Positions 60,962 through 64,000 of a stretch of 64,000 bases of DNA are shown one piece after another. A model generated the notes under the pieces. That model ran no database searches, was not told where the DNA came from, and saw only the letters and a program-made list of their open reading frames with translations. Origin of the DNA: Candidatus Poribacteria bacterium (GTDB lineage: Bacteria; Poribacteria; WGA-4E; WGA-3G); the NCBI GenBank assembly GCA_963665235.2, contig CAXXLX010000002.1, positions 480,001 through 544,000 on the forward strand. Direction: 5' to 3'. Position numbers and translations under genes: made by a program. Each line of letters begins with the position of its first letter. Position 1 is the first letter of the stretch.

Positions 60962-62164
60962 TTGACAGGCGAGGAAACCTCGCCCCTACAAAGGATTCAG
61001 AAAGCATTGATTAACTTAAAACACCTTATACGTCTTGGATGCTATTATAGCAAAATCCGTAATTATCTATGTCCTGCCGTAGGTGCGATTTCAAACCGTA
61101 CCGCTAAGGCAGTATTCCTTGTACTCATTGCAGGCTTTTATTTGATTTGTTTGTCGGTGCACGCGGAGAACTACGCCGGGGATTTCTTGACGAACGGTGT
61201 AGGCGGACGCGCCCTCGGATTAGGCGGTGCGTATGTTAGCATCGCAGACGATGCCACCGCCACCTATTGGAACCCAGCAGGTATTGCAGGCGTTTCCAAC
61301 GATTATCAACTCTGTTTGATGCATGCTGCGCGTCGCTCCGGCCTAGGCGCGTTCAACTATATCAGTGCTACAGGACAACTCCTGCCGAAACTCACCGTGG
61401 GACTATCGTGGATACGCGCAGGTATTGACGATATTCCTATCTATGAAGAGATACCCGCCTTCGATCCGACGATTAGCGCGGAGCAACGCAAACATAATGC
61501 TAAATATAGACCGACAGCACAAGACTTTAACCCCGCCGGTTATCTCAGCGATAGTGAAAACGCATACTTTTTGACACTCGCGACGCACCTAAAGGTCAGT
61601 CAGGCTTGGTGGGATAACTTCGGGAGAGATTCTAAATCACCGGAATTTCTATTCGGGGTCAATGCGAAATGGCTCTTACAACGACTGCGGGACGATACCG
61701 ATTCTCAAACCTACGACCGCGGAAGTAGTGGATACGGGTTTGACGCGGGTATGCTGATTCGGCTGCCTGACCTGAACGCGCTTTTCGGCTTAGACCATGT
61801 TGGCAGCTTCGCACTCGGTCTAAATCTCCAGGACATTTCAAATACGACCTTGACCTGGAACACCGAGTCCGCTGTCAAAGAATCAATTCCAGCGAATTTC
61901 AACCTGGGCATCGCATATACCAATCCCAACATCTTTAACCGCGAATTGATTCTCTCGTATCAGTGGCAGCAACGGTATGGCGGACAAACACACCTCGGTA
62001 TAGAGTATCGTATTACCCCCCCGTTGGCGTTACGCGTGGGGTATCGAGATAGCCGGTTTACAAGTGGTATCGGTATCCAGCTAAAACAGTTTCGCCTCGA
62101 TTACGCGCTCCTCATAGGCGAACTACTGAGCACACATTTTTTGAGCCTGTTATGGGCTTTCTAA
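60962..62164 (+). CDS. PorV/PorQ-like outer-membrane beta-barrel protein (start uncertain)
   Basis: GVGGRALGLGGAY..IADDATATYWNPAG, alternating beta strands, C-terminal Phe. Confidence 0.8.
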   Translation: MTGEETSPLQRIQKALINLKHLIRLGCYYSKIRNYLCPAVGAISNRTAKAVFLVLIAGFYLICLSVHAENYAGDFLTNGVGGRALGLGGAYVSIADDATATYWNPAGIAGVSNDYQLCLMHAARRSGLGAFNYISATGQLLPKLTVGLSWIRAGIDDIPIYEEIPAFDPTISAEQRKHNAKYRPTAQDFNPAGYLSDSENAYFLTLATHLKVSQAWWDNFGRDSKSPEFLFGVNAKWLLQRLRDDTDSQTYDRGSSGYGFDAGMLIRLPDLNALFGLDHVGSFALGLNLQDISNTTLTWNTESAVKESIPANFNLGIAYTNPNIFNRELILSYQWQQRYGGQTHLGIEYRITPPLALRVGYRDSRFTSGIGIQLKQFRLDYALLIGELLSTHFLSLLWAF

Positions 62165-62182
62165 GTCGATAGTAATTGACAC

Positions 62183-63409
62183 CTATGGGGTTTTTGACAG
62201 ATCAGGTTGTTTACGGAGGAAAATCAGAAGCGGTGCAATCAATAACGGCAGCATCACCAATCCATCTAACGCAATGGCTAAGCCGTACTGATCTGCCAAA
62301 GCTCCCACTATTAGAGTGAGGAGACCGCCGACACCCCACGCCGCGCCCATCATAAAACTGGAGGCGATGTTCTCATGTCCCCGTAAAATCATCTGTGCTA
62401 AGATAATGTTAATTGTCACTGAACTAGAGAGGACCATGTTCCCTAAAAAGAGAAACACGAGAAAAACGATGCCCTGTGTGTGAAGTGCTGCATAGAGTAG
62501 CGGGGGGGACACAACCAGCGAAAACAGCAATAGCCGATATGTGTTCACCCGAGTTAAAACCCAACCGCTCCCCATAATACCTATTGACCCCGCAAAAATA
62601 AATAGCGCGATAACTAAGGAACGCGCCAGATCTGAATAGTTCTGTTCCTTCAGATAGAGTGACAGGAAGTTTTCGAACCCGACTGCCGTGACAGTTCGGA
62701 AAGACGCAATCACAAAAAGCACAATCAGGGGTAGCAGGTGCGGTCTAGCCACATGCCAAAAAGAGTCTCGCGGTGTTTTTTCACCGTCCGATAGGACACG
62801 CGCGGAGGCGGTCAGGTCAAGTTCATGCTCAAATTTCAGCACAATTGGCACCAACGCAGCGACAAGCAGCCCCGGTAGCATCTCCCACAGCAGGTGTCCG
62901 TATCCGAAGCGGTACGGAATGACCAGAAGTGCAAGGGGCCCTAGGGCACGACCGATATTGCCACCTGTAAGAAAGATAGAAATTCCCATCCCTCTCGTTT
63001 CAGCGGCAAGCGCGCCAGCATAGGTTGTCGCCTGTGGGTGAAAGGCGGCAATCCCGATTCCACCGACAGCTAATAATAGAAAAACTATTGGGATTGAAGG
63101 GGATAGGATTACAAGGCTTAAGCCGATTACGGTGAAAGCAACCCCAAGCGTTAGAAAATGCACCGTCCGAACCCGATCGGATAGCCAACCGAAGAATATC
63201 TGACCGAGCGAACTGAAGATGCTATAGAGTGAGATAAGAACTCCGGCAAAACTGTTCTGGACCCCAATTGCAGCAAACCTTTTCACTAATATGGGTTGTA
63301 GATGTGGAAAAAGCGTCGCGTAGGAGTCAAGGACAGTATGCGCGAACGTGAGAAAAATGAACTGGTTGCGTTTCGATGCGGTTGCGGATTTTGGCGCGTT
63401 TTTTTTCAT
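62183..63409 (-). CDS. MFS transporter (Fsr-like)
   Basis: GWLSDR, AAFHP, GGNIG.ALGP, ~12 TM. Confidence 0.9.
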   Translation of the reverse strand: MKKNAPKSATASKRNQFIFLTFAHTVLDSYATLFPHLQPILVKRFAAIGVQNSFAGVLISLYSIFSSLGQIFFGWLSDRVRTVHFLTLGVAFTVIGLSLVILSPSIPIVFLLLAVGGIGIAAFHPQATTYAGALAAETRGMGISIFLTGGNIGRALGPLALLVIPYRFGYGHLLWEMLPGLLVAALVPIVLKFEHELDLTASARVLSDGEKTPRDSFWHVARPHLLPLIVLFVIASFRTVTAVGFENFLSLYLKEQNYSDLARSLVIALFIFAGSIGIMGSGWVLTRVNTYRLLLFSLVVSPPLLYAALHTQGIVFLVFLFLGNMVLSSSVTINIILAQMILRGHENIASSFMMGAAWGVGGLLTLIVGALADQYGLAIALDGLVMLPLLIAPLLIFLRKQPDLSKTP

Positions 63410-63484
63410 TAGAGAGCTGGAAGTGTGCTTTCCCCAGCATGACCTTCTTTGTTCTTAGATTTAGCATCTATTTTAGCACAATTT

Positions 63485-64000
63485 CTATTTTCGGGCATCC
63501 TCTTTTTTCAATTTCCTTCTCCCACGCCAATATAGGAACTGCCGATAATAATACCGCGAATTTTTCGGAATGTTCTCAAACTCCGGCACAAAGGGACACC
63601 GTCCTCCAAGGACGACCAGCTTCGCTTTTGCCCGCGTCAATGCCACATAGAAAACGCGTCGCTCCTCTGTGAGTTTGCTATCGTGCCGGGGAAATTGCCG
63701 CTCCAACGTATTGTGAATGAGGATAACCTTCTCCCATTCGCGTCCCTTCGCTTTGTGAATTGTTGACACCTCCGCATGTTCTGTTTTTATAGCAGCGGAG
63801 AGCATTTTTTCAACCTGCTCAACTTCATAGTTCGTTCTGACGAGGATTGCGGTCTCCTCCGGTAAGGTGATTTCGTGTAAGAGGCGCGCTTTTACGGTAT
63901 CAGGTGTCGTCTCCACAACACGTATCTCGGATTTGATAGGGTTATGTGCCTGTAGATTTTTCCGAATGCGGGGGGTGTTCCGTTCGATTAAGGCTCTGGC
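63485..64000 (-). CDS. UvrD/Rep superfamily I helicase, 3' part (partial)
   Basis: AILVRTN, STIHKAKGREW, EERRVFYVALTRAK; frame open to the window end. Confidence 0.88.
   Translation of the reverse strand, partial: ARALIERNTPRIRKNLQAHNPIKSEIRVVETTPDTVKARLLHEITLPEETAILVRTNYEVEQVEKMLSAAIKTEHAEVSTIHKAKGREWEKVILIHNTLERQFPRHDSKLTEERRVFYVALTRAKAKLVVLGGRCPFVPEFENIPKNSRYYYRQFLYWRGRRKLKKEDARK

Overview
Bacterial chromosomal window. The gene content suggests Candidatus Poribacteria (inference): three PhyH dioxygenases, three Gfo/Idh/MocA oxidoreductases, Uma2 nucleases, an FGE-sulfatase protein, a vWA/DUF4159/DUF4175 cluster and Cys/His-rich orphan proteins. Housekeeping and metabolic genes include a split cytochrome c maturation locus (ccmE-F-H plus accessory genes, then ccmAB), korAB, eno, ftsB-like, hemW, nagZ, tsaD/tsaC and a Rad50/SbcC-like ATPase. 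There is an IS605-type element with intact tnpB and an internally deleted tnpA. A small defence-like cluster holds an ADP-ribosylglycohydrolase, an Rpn nuclease with an internal RBS/ATG, and two tandem Mrr genes. The strongest unexplained signal is intergenic: at least six families of tiny transposase-less elements with terminal inverted repeats, most with exact target-site duplications. They carry covarying REP-like hairpins and nest inside each other; the 58.1-59.1 kb stack can be peeled back layer by layer. A second candidate system is an operon of a histidine-triad (HGDHWH) membrane-anchored protein with constant N-terminus and variable C-terminus, coupled to a secreted Cys/His-repeat protein. 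Several broken genes (DNA MTase, Uma2 tandem, SMP-30) look like long-read consensus errors. No rRNA, tRNA or true CRISPR array was recognised.
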